Position numbers and translations under genes: made by a program. The notes below the pieces were generated by a model. It saw nothing but the letters and a program-made list of their open reading frames with translations. It made no database searches and was not told the origin of the DNA. Source: Macrostomum lignano (Eukaryota). Taken from it: a DNA stretch of 64,000 bases. Where the stretch lies: contig NIVC01000550.1 in assembly GCA_002269645.1 (NCBI GenBank), positions 264,709-328,708 on the forward strand, written 5' to 3'. Within the stretch, counting starts at the first letter, position 1; the number at the start of each line of letters is the position of its first letter. Positions 11,275 through 23,047 of this stretch are shown here, in pieces.

Positions 11275-11649
11275 ATCTATGCTTGATATCTACACATGCA
11301 GTCAAAAAAACAGAAAGCTGGGGTGAAGTGAAATGAAAGGATCGACAAAGCCTCTTTGGAAGTAAACTGTACATGGAATTTAACATTCGTCTGTGGTTGA
11401 ATTCGAATGTATTTTGCTGAATGGCCCGACCCCGCGGGGTTAGGGCCACAGACACTGGCTGCTACTTATTCAACTTATTCTTTTACTCAAAAGAACTCAA
11501 AAACTCAATTATTTCTCAAGGATAACTTATTACTCAGGAGGACGGTAAACTCGAAAATCATGGCGAAAAAGTTGGAGGCTTGTTTAAAAGCAGTGTTCTA
11601 TGGCCCGTGCAATAATAGCATTATTTCACGGAAAACTTTTACGTAAAAT

Positions 11650-12091
11650 TACAAAGGAATAATCTCTGAAATGATGTTAAATACCCGTTTCCTAAAAAAT
11701 AGCGATAGAGGCCTGCACGAATGCACAGCAAGCTCGCTGGCGATCAGAAACCTTTTTTGGCCTTCTTTAAGTTCCATAGAAAAGGCGTAGCACATACGCC
11801 AGCGCAGAGCGTTCACACTTCGCGATGTCAAACTTGAATGGATCCATTCGCGTCGATGAAGTCATTCAGTCGTTTCACTGAGCTCCTCTCTTGATACTCG
11901 GAGCTGGCAACGCAACACTCCTTATCCAACTGTTCCAATGCGGACACTTGATCAACATCCTTGAGAGAAAGTGCTTCAGCAGCTTTCTTGAAGTCGAAAT
12001 AATCCATGTACTTCTCGATCTCGGCACCAGTAAGTCCACTTATCATTCCGCCAGGGAAAGCGTCCAAATGAAGAAGCCAGGTCGTAGTCAT
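11650..12091 (-). pseudogene. Crypton-like (DUF3504-type tyrosine recombinase) fragment
   Basis: Frameshifted translation ...SSVKRLNDF...LAYVLRLFY(M)ELK...SPASLLCIRAGLYRYF...FNIIS resembles the L..FY.E.RK.DG..Y.P.SL..IRA.I.RYL block of CryptonA/ZMYM-like proteins. No catalytic region seen. Confidence 0.5.
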
Positions 12092-12559
12092 GCAGTCAAC
12101 TGAGAAGTCCTTTCGCCTTTCCTATATAGCACTGTTTCGTAGGACATAGTCTATGGTAGTCTGGTAAAAATGAAACAGTACCAACCATTTAGTTCATACC
12201 ATAGACTGGTTCATACATACACTTTTTCTGAATATTAAATTTTAGCTGGATTATGTGGGGGCTCCGCCCCCACACCCCCGGAACGGCGCTGAACACTACC
12301 ATAGACAAAATGCAAAATAAAAAAAACTTAAGGACGGCCTTGATGCACGGACAGAAAAACAATGTAACGAAAGCACGGCTTGGTCATTTAGCCACGCGCA
12401 CTCGTGTTATAAGCGCTGCTACACTCCCAGCCGTGCTTTAGTGCCTCATTGTTCTATGACCAAGTCTTATAAAAGCTATACATTTTGTATTAAATTGCAT
12501 TGCGATTGCTTAAACATTTAAAACACAAGTAGAAATAGATTTAATAAGAGTAAAAAGAC

Positions 12560-13027
12560 AAAGCCGACAAGAAACATTTTCTTTTCCGAGTATTTGTGGA
12601 TACCGATAATACCGATGGCGAATAAAACTAATACTTTATTTTGCACGACATGTTTCGCTGAACACACAGCATCGTCAGTTAGAATAAAATATTTGTGAGA
12701 ACCAACAGGGTAAGAGAGACGCAAAATATCAATTATAAATTGAGCATGATGTACGAAAAGCTAGAATCGCACAACCTTAATTTACAAAGTCGATAAAACT
12801 AGAAAATTCTGAGATGCACACCGCTGCCTCTCCCTGCAAATTGAACAATAAGAGAGAGTTTGCAGTCTTTGATGTGCAAGGCTTCCAATATGGATAGTTT
12901 ACTATGGTGCTCAGTGCGATCGATCACTTTAAAGTTGTGAGCGGGGATTACATTAGCACAATGGTTGCACATAAGCAGGTGGTCTTGTATCGCGCTGGCC
13001 TTGGTACGGACATAGCTAAATTTTAAA
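12560..13027 (-). mobile_element. Penelope-like element 3' fragment (GIY-YIG C-terminus plus 3' tail)
   Basis: ORF 12799-13035: SAIQDHLLMC...NFKVIDR...KLSILEALHIKDCKLSLIVQ, followed by a hammerhead core; cut at 13027 by a MITE. Confidence 0.8.
12647..12678 (-). ncRNA. Minimal type-I hammerhead ribozyme core
   Basis: CUGACGA-U-GCUG-UGUGUU-CAGC-GAA-ACAUGU-C: intact core boxes, 4-bp stem II, palindromic stem III, GUC cleavage triplet; stem I only partly paired. Confidence 0.75.
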
Positions 13028-13895
13028 GTCAGCACTTAGGGTTTACCATAGACAACAGTAAAGAAATGAAATCGATTTAGTCAAGTGCCACGTATTTAAA
13101 CCACGGAGGAAAGAACAGAATGGAGCGCTAATCTGAGCAAGTTATTTTTGTCTCGCTAGATCTTCACTTTTAACATCCCTTTCCCCCCGTTCATTCCTAT
13201 TGGCTCGTGACTGCCATAGACAAAGTATTTTTCGTCTCGTTTTCGTTTTCGTTCCCCTCTGAAAGGTATGTCCCAGCATAGTACGAGCTCGCATCAAAAT
13301 ATGCTTTCAGCCAATAGGAAAGAACGGGGGGGGGAAAGGGATGTTAAAAGCGAAAATCGAGCGAGACAAAAATAACTGGCTCAGATTAGCACTCCATTCC
13401 ACTCCCTCCTCCATGATTTAAACCCTTCCATGACTTGATTTTAGTCAAAGTGAATTTCATTTAGTCATCATGGCGGCAGCTGCAGGCATTCGCAGAGTCA
13501 CTATCTCTGACAGGACCGGCGAAGACTCATAGACGCCTTTATTGGCAATGCCGATTGGCAGCAACTAGCGAGACAGCTAAACATCCCACGTCAGTCTGCC
13601 AGAACACCAGAACTCTACAAGAACACCGCGCCCGCATTCTTGAGCGTGAACCAGAGGCCAGTGCAGCTGTCACACAGCCTCACTGCGAAGCCTGGCATCG
13701 TGAGAGCTTACGGCACATACCCTGCTGCATTGCCATGGAAGAGATTGAATTGAAAAGTGAAGCGTCGTAACAATAATTTGTTGTGTCTGTGTTCCCTTGT
13801 GTTGTTCTTGTTTAACTACTCGTATCTTAGCAAAGCTAACGACTAAATAGATTTCATTTCTTTACTACAGTCTATGGTAAACCCCGAGTGCAGAC
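13028..13895. mobile_element. Non-autonomous DNA transposon, 868 bp, ~55-bp TIRs, 4-bp TAAA direct flanks
   Basis: GTCAGCACTTAGGGTTTACCATAGACAACAGTAAAGAAATGAAATCGATTTAGTC versus the reverse complement of the right end; TAAA at 13024-13027 and 13896-13899; second ~90-bp inverted pair at about 13120-13205 / 13310-13400. Confidence 0.8.
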
Positions 13896-14044
13896 TAAAT
13901 CAAACTCACTTTTCTAGGACTGAGCTGGTCAAAGACTAAAAAACTTCACTTATGTCCAAAAAAATTGTTAAAAGGTATGCTCTTCTCTTTTCTTTAATTG
14001 CTAATGCTTGAGAGCTGCAGACGCCATAGTCTATGGTCATAACA

Positions 14045-14160
14045 CCGGGGTTGCGCTGTGGGGAAATCTCGGCGGGAAAACTTCCAGCGGGAAAACATCG
14101 CTGCGGGAAAATCTCGCGCGGGCAAACGTCGGCGGGAGAACTTCCTGCGAAAAAAACTCT
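14045..14160. repeat. Degenerate ~15-bp tandem array (GCGGGAAAA core), subterminal-type repeat of a TIR element family
   Basis: About 7 units; related arrays at 17230-17265 (reverse) and 18070-18140. Confidence 0.6.
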
Positions 14161-14351
14161 CATAGACCCATATACTGAGGTGGTGGGGCGCTTTGCGATC
14201 GATATATTGAATTGCTGGCCCTGGAGCTTCGCGATCGGTATCAATGGTTTTGGGCTGAAGGATCAATAATGTGGTTGATGGAGCATTAATGCTATTTAAG
14301 AAAAATGCAGTCCAAAACATAGCCAGTTCATCGCGCCAAAGACCGCAGCCG

Positions 14352-16057
14352 CTAGCTGTAGTATCTCACTCTAGGCTTGAAAGTCTCAGTGACATTAAAC
14401 AGCGGCTTCCGCCTCTTCCTCATGTGATCATAGCCCAGGTGCAGGAAGCGGTGCACAGCCACAGTGCTGTTGTCAGAGTCATCCATGCTCCAGTTCTTCC
14501 ACTTCAGCATGCGACAGCCGCGATCCAACCAGAGATGCTTCTTTCTCCCGAGCGGCTCTGCAAACAGGAGCGCAGGCTTCGTTTCATTTGTTATGCCCAG
14601 GCAATTCCAGCTATCCGCTCTCTGCAGACTGAATACCAAGTCGGAGACTCACTGGCTCCGTGGCAGACACTCGTCCAGTTGGTCTGCCAGTCCATCAGCG
14701 GGGAGGCCACGCTGGGTGGCAGCAGCCTCACCGGCCAGCTGCGGGCAGGCCGGCTATCTTTGTACTTCTTGTACACCTTCGTGAGAACCATCGGGCCAGT
14801 GGAGACGATAGATGTACCGGGCAGCCTCTTGGCGAGCACTTTGTGCATCATGGATCTGAAGAAGGGATGCCCCGGCACCGAGCCCATCAGGGAGTTCATG
14901 GCGCTGAAATTGGCGTCATGAATGATTCTGGTCAGCTCCAGCCGCTCCTGGTCGATGAAGGCCGCTTGCCGGGTGAGACTCGGCCCGAACGGCTTCACGC
15001 ATTCGACGTCCATGTCCAGGTAGATGCCTGCGGTTGAGGTAATGTGGGAAGCCACAGTTTATAGGAAAATGTGAGCGGATTCTGATGGAGACCTGGGAAG
15101 GATTCTGATGGAGATCTGGAAGGATTCTGATGGGGATCTGGTAGGAATCTGATGGGATCTGGGAGGATTCTGATGGGGATCTGGGATGATTCTGATGGGG
15201 ATCTGGGAGGATTCTGATGGGGATCTGGGGGGATTCTGATGGGGATCTGAGAGAATTCTGATGGGGATCTGGTGGATTCTGATGGAGATTTGGGAGGATT
15301 CTGATGGGGATCTGAGAGGATTCGTATGGGGATCTGGTGGATTCTGATACGGATCGGAGAGGATTCTGATGGGGATCTGGTGGATTCTGATACGGATCGG
15401 AGAGGATTCTGATGGAGATCTGGGAGGATTCTGATGGGGATCTGGGATGATTCTGATGGGGATCTGGGAGGATTCTGATGGGGATCTGGGAGGATTCTGA
15501 TGGGGATCTGAGAGAATTCTGATGGGGATCTGGTGGATTCTGATGGAGATTTGGGAGGATTCTGATGGGGATCTGAGAGGATTCGTATGGGGATATGGTG
15601 GATTCTGATGGGGATCTGAGAGGACTCTGATGGGTATCTGAGAGGATTCTGGTGGGGATTTGAGAGGATTCTGATGGGGATCTGGAGAATTCTGATGAAA
15701 ACCTGAGAAGATTCTGGTGGAGATCTCGGATGCAGCATATTTTGTAGCTCCATTAAAAGGTTAAAGTGCCGCACCTCCAAACCGGTGCAGGATGACGTAT
15801 CGAATGGCATCGGAGTGCTGCAGGTTGTATTTAAAGCTCAGGTAAGTCTTCAAGTATTGAGGATATTTCTTGGAGATGAGAGCCCTGGCATCGGAGTCCC
15901 GCCACAGGTAGTAAGTCCAGTTGGGGTTAAGCTTCAGACAGCTGCTGATCATTGGCCGGTAGTTCTCGTAGACCATCTCGGAGGCGAAGGTTTGATGCAG
16001 AATTTGAGGGATCTCGAATGCAGCTGGGGGATTTTCTTGCCTCTGGTTGGCAGCCTC
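14352..16057 (-). CDS. GT32 / DXD-motif glycosyltransferase (OCH1/SUR1-like); exons 16057-15775, 15027-14653, 14557-14352; 5' exon(s) unresolved
   Basis: [31 protein letters not shown]|[35 protein letters not shown]; phase-compatible GT-AG introns 15774-15028 and 14652-14558. Confidence 0.88.
15077..15727. repeat. 22-bp minisatellite (~30 units) filling a glycosyltransferase intron
   Basis: Unit GGATTCTGATGGGGATCTGGGA with variants; period 22 measured at 15189/15211/15233. Confidence 0.95.
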
Positions 16058-17276
16058 CTGTTGAACTTTATCAAATAATATTATATAGTTATCTGTTAGG
16101 TGGCTGTCTTCAGCTGTTGCATGAGCCTCCCACGAGTTGATGTACTTGTAGCATAGCAGTGCCTGAAATTACATTGTAGTTTGAGTGAAACAGTGGCACA
16201 GTCTCTTCACAGGTGACCAGCACAAATAGGCCTTGGAGTTTCGGCACTTATGGTTTTGGCCTGTGGGTTGAGCGCAGACTCTTCCCTGTCTGTCATCTCC
16301 CGCCCCAATACTCCTGGCCGCCTTAGCGTCTCTATACCTAAGAGACCATCTGCGACCATCTGTGCAGTGTCTCGCTCCTGGCTTAATGCTATTCCCCTTT
16401 AATTCCCTTATTATTTCCCTGTGGCGCTGTTCCATTCCCCTGAATTTCGTCCATACCATACAGTAGTCCAATCTTCACTGTTCCATTGTTACTGTTGGTA
16501 CGTAAGTACTTTAAGTACTTTACGTAAGTTTTTGCCCCAATTTAATTTCCTCACCCAAATGCGCGCGCAAGAGCCTGGTAGGTTAGCACACCCTACTCGC
16601 GTGATGACCCTTGCATCCGACCCTCCATTCCTCATTCTGATGCACCCAACCCATTTGCAAGCGATTGCTCATTGTTGCGCAATCATTATCAGTCAATTTC
16701 TCTGTCTTGTTCCCGATAATTGAGCCTATTGTTCTTGTTTCACTCTTCTTTCTCTGAACCCCGTCTGCCAGACCCCCGGGGAGCTGACCTGAATGCGACC
16801 ACACCCTCCAGATTCTCATTTTCCACACGTGACCCACTCCTGGATGCAGAACCCTAGCTTCTCGCACTGAGCATTTTAGGAAACTACGAGCGTATTGAGC
16901 TTTATACGTTCCCTCATATTACTCTTAGTAGTAGTCCAGCACGCTGTTATCTTCGTCAGACACAACTACAAAAGATCCCTGCTGAAACATCCTTTAGTTG
17001 GTGTAGCAGACTTCCGATGAACGCTAGATCAAAGTCCTATCTTCGGCAAATGGGGAGCAGCTCATATCGGGTAGTGACAGCCTTTGTGGTGGCCCCTACA
17101 GCGGCCCGAAAACCTGCAAAGGCACCTTCAGGCCCAAACGCTGCCTTAAAACTCCTTTACTCCGGTGGGTGATCGGAGACGAGCACGACAAGAGGCCTGT
17201 GGTGGCGCCAAATTCTATCGACTATAAGAATTTCCCGTAGCGAGGTTTTCCCGCAGCGAGGTTTTTATCTAATCTA

Positions 17277-17962
17277 CGATGGCTGTCCATAAAGTAGTGT
17301 TACTTTTCACTATATCTCTTGTTCTGCTGATTCAAATAACATATTTTTGCACAGATTTATAGCGGCAACTCTCTTCTTTATGTTAACTTTACATCATTAA
17401 AAACAGACAATGGAAACAAAATTTATAAACTAAAATGTAGCAGGACCTCAACCATAGACTTACAGTAAGTAAGCAAGTTAACAAAAATTCGAAGTGGTAG
17501 CTGACAAATGGGTATCTGGCCGCAGTGAATGCTGCAAAATGACTGCGATAGACCCATGAGCCCATGAAAGTTGAGCATGAATCTCGGCTCAACTGTCCCC
17601 TGTCCCCCAAAGGGTATATCCAAAGAGTATTGAGGTCGCCTCAATACTCTTTGGGTATATCAATGCTACTCCAATTTTTTCATAGATATCTCTTTGTCAC
17701 AGCAGCCTAACAGTCTCAGTGCATTCTATCAAAAGTTTTGATAAAAACTTTCCGCTAGCTTGTCGAATTACTGTAAAGTCAATTGTCGAGGTCCTGCTAC
17801 ATTTTAGTTTATAACTTTTGTTTCCATTGTCTGTTTTTAATGATGTTAAAGTTAGCAAAAAGAAGAGAGTTGCTGCTATAAACCTGTGCAAAATGGTGTT
17901 ATTTGGATCAGCAGAACAACAGATTATGGTGAAAAGTAACACTACTTTTTGGACAGCCCTTG
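17277..17962. mobile_element. Tc1/mariner-type MITE, 686 bp, ~200-bp TIRs, TA TSD
   Basis: TA|CGATGGCTGTCCATAAAGTAGT...ACTACTTTTTGGACAGCCCTTG|TA; central hairpin CCAAAGAGTATTGAGG-TCG-CCTCAATACTCTTTGG near 17620-17655. Confidence 0.88.
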
Positions 17963-19132
17963 TAGTTAATGTCTAGTCTAGCCTAGTTCTAATCTAGCAT
18001 AGTTTTTAATCTAGCCTAGTTCTAATCTAGTCCAGGATTGTCTATAGACTGGACTTGAAATTCCGACTGGAAAAGACCCTGCGGGAAACTTCAACGAGAA
18101 AAACTCTCGCGGGGAAATCTCTGCGGGAAACTTCGGCAAGGGGAGGCGTAGATGGTTGGCCATACCGGTGTGATCTAGAGAGACAATCAACTCTTAATGG
18201 CGAAAAGGCGTACACTTAGTCAAGTTCATGCAGATGAATTATATCGTACATGTAAAATCCAAAAATGAAACTCACCAAACTGACACAGACCAGTAGAAGA
18301 AAATTCCACCTCTTTTTCATAATATCAGACGCGGTGCTGCAGTTTGCGTTCACTTATACCCTAAATGAGGGGTTCAATAGTCGGTTTTTTCTTGCTTAAA
18401 TGTCCAGGCCACAAGTGCGCGCAGCATTTGTAATACAAAGCAGCATTGTACGCTCGTAATCAAGATATTTGTAGCCAAATTTCTTGTGCATGAAATGTAG
18501 GATTAAAACCACTTAAATAAAGCTCACTTTCAGGGAGGTTATTGACATAGATTTTATTTTGCGGGATTTAATCAATCACTTTCTTGGACATACTACAAGG
18601 ATTGTTGTATGTATCTAAATAAGCAAGCTTCTCTCTTCTCTCCCTTTGTGACTTGAGAAATTTCTTAATGAAATTTAGTCTATGGTAAGAATTGTCTATG
18701 GTAAGAACCCCCAGCAGGGGCTTCGCCCCCACACCCCCATCCCCAACTTCAACCATAGACATACAAGTATGGCTCCGGGATTTATCTGAATGCATCCCGC
18801 AAAATTAAAGTTGTTTAAATAAGATATTCTATGGGTTTTTCAGTTGGTATTTCACTTAAATCGCTCAAGCCTTCGGCTCTCGGGATTTAATCACATACTG
18901 ACCTCAAACCCATAGAATATCTTATACATATGCACACTGCCTGCGTTAAATACAAGCCGATTTATCTGTTGAAATACATAATGATTACCACAGTTTGGCC
19001 ATAGACTACGTTGTTAAATACACACTTCGTCGTGTTATAATTACTCTAGCTGCCTTAGTGGTCTAGCCAATACTAGATCATGAGCCGTTTAAGCACGCTT
19101 AATGCGCATGCACATGTACAGCCCATTTGCGC

Positions 19133-19501
19133 GGACTAGTCAGGCATTCCACTACAGGAAAAATACGCGACTAGACCATGGGTCCACGGTGCATGGACTC
19201 GACTAGTGGATTCAAGAAATCTAATATATAGAGAATAGAGAATATTAAAGATTATTAGATATTAAATATCTATATATTTTATAATTTATATTATAATTAA
19301 AAGATTATAATATTAAATAATATAGAGAATTTTAAACTTATTAATAGTGTCGAAATTAAAATGAAACGAAAATTGCTCAGATTTCTCGAGTCCACGGGAG
19401 CCATGACTAATGGATAATTGCCATGACTAGTCGAGTCCATGCCACCGTGGAACCATGGTCTAGTCGCGTATTTTCCCTGTAGTGGAATGCCTGACTAGTC
19501 C
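19133..19501. mobile_element. MITE with ~75-bp TIRs and AT-rich core
   Basis: GGACTAGTCAGGCATTCCACTACAGG...CCTGTAGTGGAATGCCTGACTAGTCC. Confidence 0.8.
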
Positions 19502-19642
19502 TCCGCTGTTAGGTGACATGTAGGTCCTTGTGTAAAACTGCTTCTAACTGCCAACTAGGCTCAGGGTATGTTCAACCAGTTCGGTAATTGACAAGAATGC
19601 CCTCAACCAAGGGTAAACTGCCCATTCCACCAACAGAGCTGG

Positions 19643-20724
19643 GGCCCGTGCTATAGAATACTCTTAACTCCTAAATCCTTAAGAGTGTCCCAACTCCTAG
19701 CTCCTAGCTGGCTTTTCTGTGCTATAGAATCAGAGTAAATTTTAAGAGCTAGGAGGCTCCTTAAGGACGTTAGGAGACTCCTGGGTGAATTTAGGAGAAC
19801 TCATTAAGGTCCGTGGCATGCTATAGAATTAGGAGAGGAAGTCTAGGAGCTAGGAGCTAGGAGCTGGCTTTTAGGAGTCATTCTAGGAGCGTGTGTCCTA
19901 TAGAATGAGAAAATTTTGCTCCTAACTCTTGACTCCTAAGCAAGAGTTCAAAGGGCCAATTTTCACTCTTAGACAAGCTGGGATTATAATGTTTTCGGAC
20001 AGTGAATCGGATTCTGATGAGGAAGGAGTCAATGATAGACGCCGTCGACAATTTAAGACAAGAATTAATTTTTTGAAGATGATTCAGCCGAGAGTGCTAT
20101 GCGTTTTAGACTTAACGAGATCCAGCTTTCAAGCCTAACAGATAGAATTCGACACAGAATCGAACATCTTTGTACCAAACTTTTCACGGCATTCCAATAT
20201 CACGTCTTGCCACATAGCAATCTTCGCATTCTTAGTTATGGTTGTACTAAACGCACCAAAGAGAACCTCTTTGCGTGCAGCGACGGCTCTCACAAAAGAT
20301 ATTTTTTAGCAATTTGCATTTTCACTCCTGAGATTCAATCCTTAAGGACCATAAAGTTAGGATTGTGATATAGCACACAATTCTCTATCATCCTTAAACG
20401 ATTGCGCAACACTCCTTGAACACACCCCCACTCCTAGGCTGCACTCCTTGCAAGAACTCCTAGCTCCTAACTCTTAACTCCTGAAATCTATAGCACACAA
20501 AATTCAATCACTCCTTGTCAAGAGTACTCTTGAGTCCTAGCTCCTAACTCTTAACTCCTGAAATCTATAGCACACAAAATTCAATCACTCCTTGTCAAGA
20601 GTACTCTTGAGTCCTAGCTCCTAACTCCTGAAATCTATAGCACACAAAATTCAATCACTCCTTGTCAAGAGTACTCTTGAGTCCTAGCTCCTAACTCCTA
20701 ACTCATGATTCTATAGCATGGGCC
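19643..20724 (+). mobile_element. Internally deleted PIF/Harbinger element with ~75-bp subterminal tandem repeats
   Basis: TIR GGCCC(G/A)TGCTATAGAAT; transposase N-terminal remnant RRRRQFKTRINF...MRFRLNEIQLSSL (19929-20200); three copies of CTATAGCACACAAAATTCAATCACTCCTTGTCAAGAGTACTC at 20488-20690. TSD not evident. Confidence 0.7.
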
Positions 20725-21961
20725 ATAGGCACAAAAGCTTGCAGGTACGTACGCAGTCATACGCACATACACTCACACAGGAGTGTACAGCGGCCCTAAT
20801 TTTTTTCTCATTAGGGATGTACCAGGCAAGCCTCTATGTTCACTGCGTTCGCTGCATGCAGAGAGTGCAGCGAGCCAATACGATTCGTTGTATGATGTAC
20901 ACTTCACCGTGTCTTAAAGGGGATGGCCCTCAAGGGCATTAACTGCACCAGCAGACCCAAGCCAAGTTACTAATTTAGCCGCAAATATGTTACCACAAAA
21001 TTTAAATTGAGCCTGGGCCGCTGGCATATCAGAGCAACACGCTAGACAACTACTTGTATTGCCCCTCTGCTCCACTGTGTTTTACCCTGACCAAAGGCTG
21101 TTGCACTCAGGGGCAATATACCAATATTGATAGGCTGCAGAGAGGAGAAATGAGCTATAACGCCAAGGTACATAGCTACTGTCTGGTAAAATTCTATTTA
21201 CTCCAATGCATTTAGCCAGTTTTATGGCCTGCTAAAATATCTATGGCAAAGCCAGAAGACAGTCGGGTCAAGGGGGCACTTGGCCCCTTTTGGGGGTGTG
21301 GGGGCAGAGCCCACACATTTGCACATCTCTAGAGAATCTAGAATCTAGAGAAATCTAGAGAAAGAAATAAAAAATCTAAGAAATTGTCTATGGCCAGAAA
21401 TCCTTATGTAGAAGATAATACATGGCTTTTAGGGTTGTATTTGTTTAAATCCCAAGAGTCAAAGGCTCCTGGGATTTAAGATAATACAACCCATAAAAGG
21501 CATGCATTATCTCACTTAAATTCCTTCCTTTTCTGGGATTTGACCTAATAAATCCCAGAACATGTGACATTTGTCTATGGCACTGCATTGTGGGGTCAAG
21601 GGGGTCAACAGAGCCCCATGTATCCAATCTCTTTATTTGAAAGTTGTGAAAATAATATTTGTCGTCTATGGCTACAACCTAGATGCTAGTCTGTGTTTCC
21701 ACTTTTTCTAATGCTTTTAATTTTGCTTATCTTTCTAAGAGCTTCTGCCTGAAATTATTTGGAAAGGACCTATAAATCACATAAAATGAGAAATTACATC
21801 TTTAAATTTTCGTCTATGGTAAAAAAGAAGTTTGCAAATTTGACTGAAAGGGATTTAACATTAACTAAATACTTATATGCATGAGTTTTATATTTATTGC
21901 AGTTAGCCATAGACAATTGCAGCAGACAGGCTGCCATGCATTTTATCCCATTTCAACACAC

Positions 21962-22206
21962 TTATACACCTTTTCAATTTTGATCCAAGTCCAGTTCTAA
22001 AAAACCACCGGAAATTCAATTCAGACAATTCAGACTGGGACAATGCCTACAGAAAATCAATAGAAACAAACCCCAGTTCAAAACATTCTGCGACCAAAGC
22101 AAGGGTTAGCCATAGACAAAATCATCCCTAGTCTGAATTGTCTGAATTGAACCTCCAGTAGTTGTTTAGAACTGGACTTTAATAAAAATTGAACATGAAA
22201 AGGTAT
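21962..22206. mobile_element. Degenerate MITE; related copy near 50800-50980
   Basis: Inverted arms with CAATTCAGACAATTCAGACT / AGTCTGAATTGTCTGAATTG and TATAC...GTATA ends. Confidence 0.55.
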
Positions 22207-23047
22207 ACTAACTATAACTAGAGACATTGATGGATAAAAAATTGATGGACTTGTATATTGAGTCTTTGTTCTGTGTATGGTTAAAATTCATGTAAAACAT
22301 TTTTCAAAGTGCCAGCCTAGTAAGAAAAATTATGGCATAGTCTTGGCCAGGTTTTAAGCAAGGCTCTTTAACATTTCCATCAAATGAGACCATGCAAATT
22401 TCTTGTGATTATACAACTTGTTTATCAATTTTGGTTCTTTTGTGCATTTTTTGTATGATTTGTTAGCTCATTTGATGGCAGTGTCAATGAACCTTTATAC
22501 CCAAGAATAGTAATGAGACTTTGGCCTTGGTCCTTGGTTAAAACCCTAGATATTCTGGACTAACGCATGCATTAGATATGGCAAAACCTAGGATACCCAA
22601 GAAACTACCAACCAATCAACCAATCAAAAATAATTATCCCTAGTCAAAAAGTACAATAATAGTCAATATATAGTAACATTGTTGAATTTTAGTATATTGA
22701 TTATAATAATATGAATACTATTGTATTCTTCTGTTTCTTACTCCTAGTGTAACTATCATCAGTTTTAAAGGTTCCTAATCATTTTGAAATTTAAGATGTA
22801 AGTACCAAGATGTCAAGGCTAATAGAGAAAATTGCTAAGATATATATCTTTATAAAGGCTTTTTAGGGGAATTGCTTAGATATATATTTTTCTTATATAT
22901 ATGAGCATATATAAATGCTCATAGGGAAGAATGTTCAAGGCTAAAAGGTCAGTTGGTATATTTAGTTATTCAAAGATTTTTTATCATTCTTTGTTTGCTC
23001 CTTGATGGGGAGAATCAATGGCAAATAAAAGAGCAGTAGCAATCTAC

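Noticed and set aside
14995-15810. 271-aa repetitive ORF ([22 protein letters not shown])n
   Set aside because: It is a translation of the 22-bp intronic minisatellite; the GT32 exons splice cleanly around it.
14045-17265. Glycosyltransferase captured inside a Pack-type element bounded by GCGGGAAAA arrays
   Set aside because: By analogy with the 45680-47225 element the arrays face outward; 17230 pairs with 18070-18140 instead, and there is no TSD around the gene.
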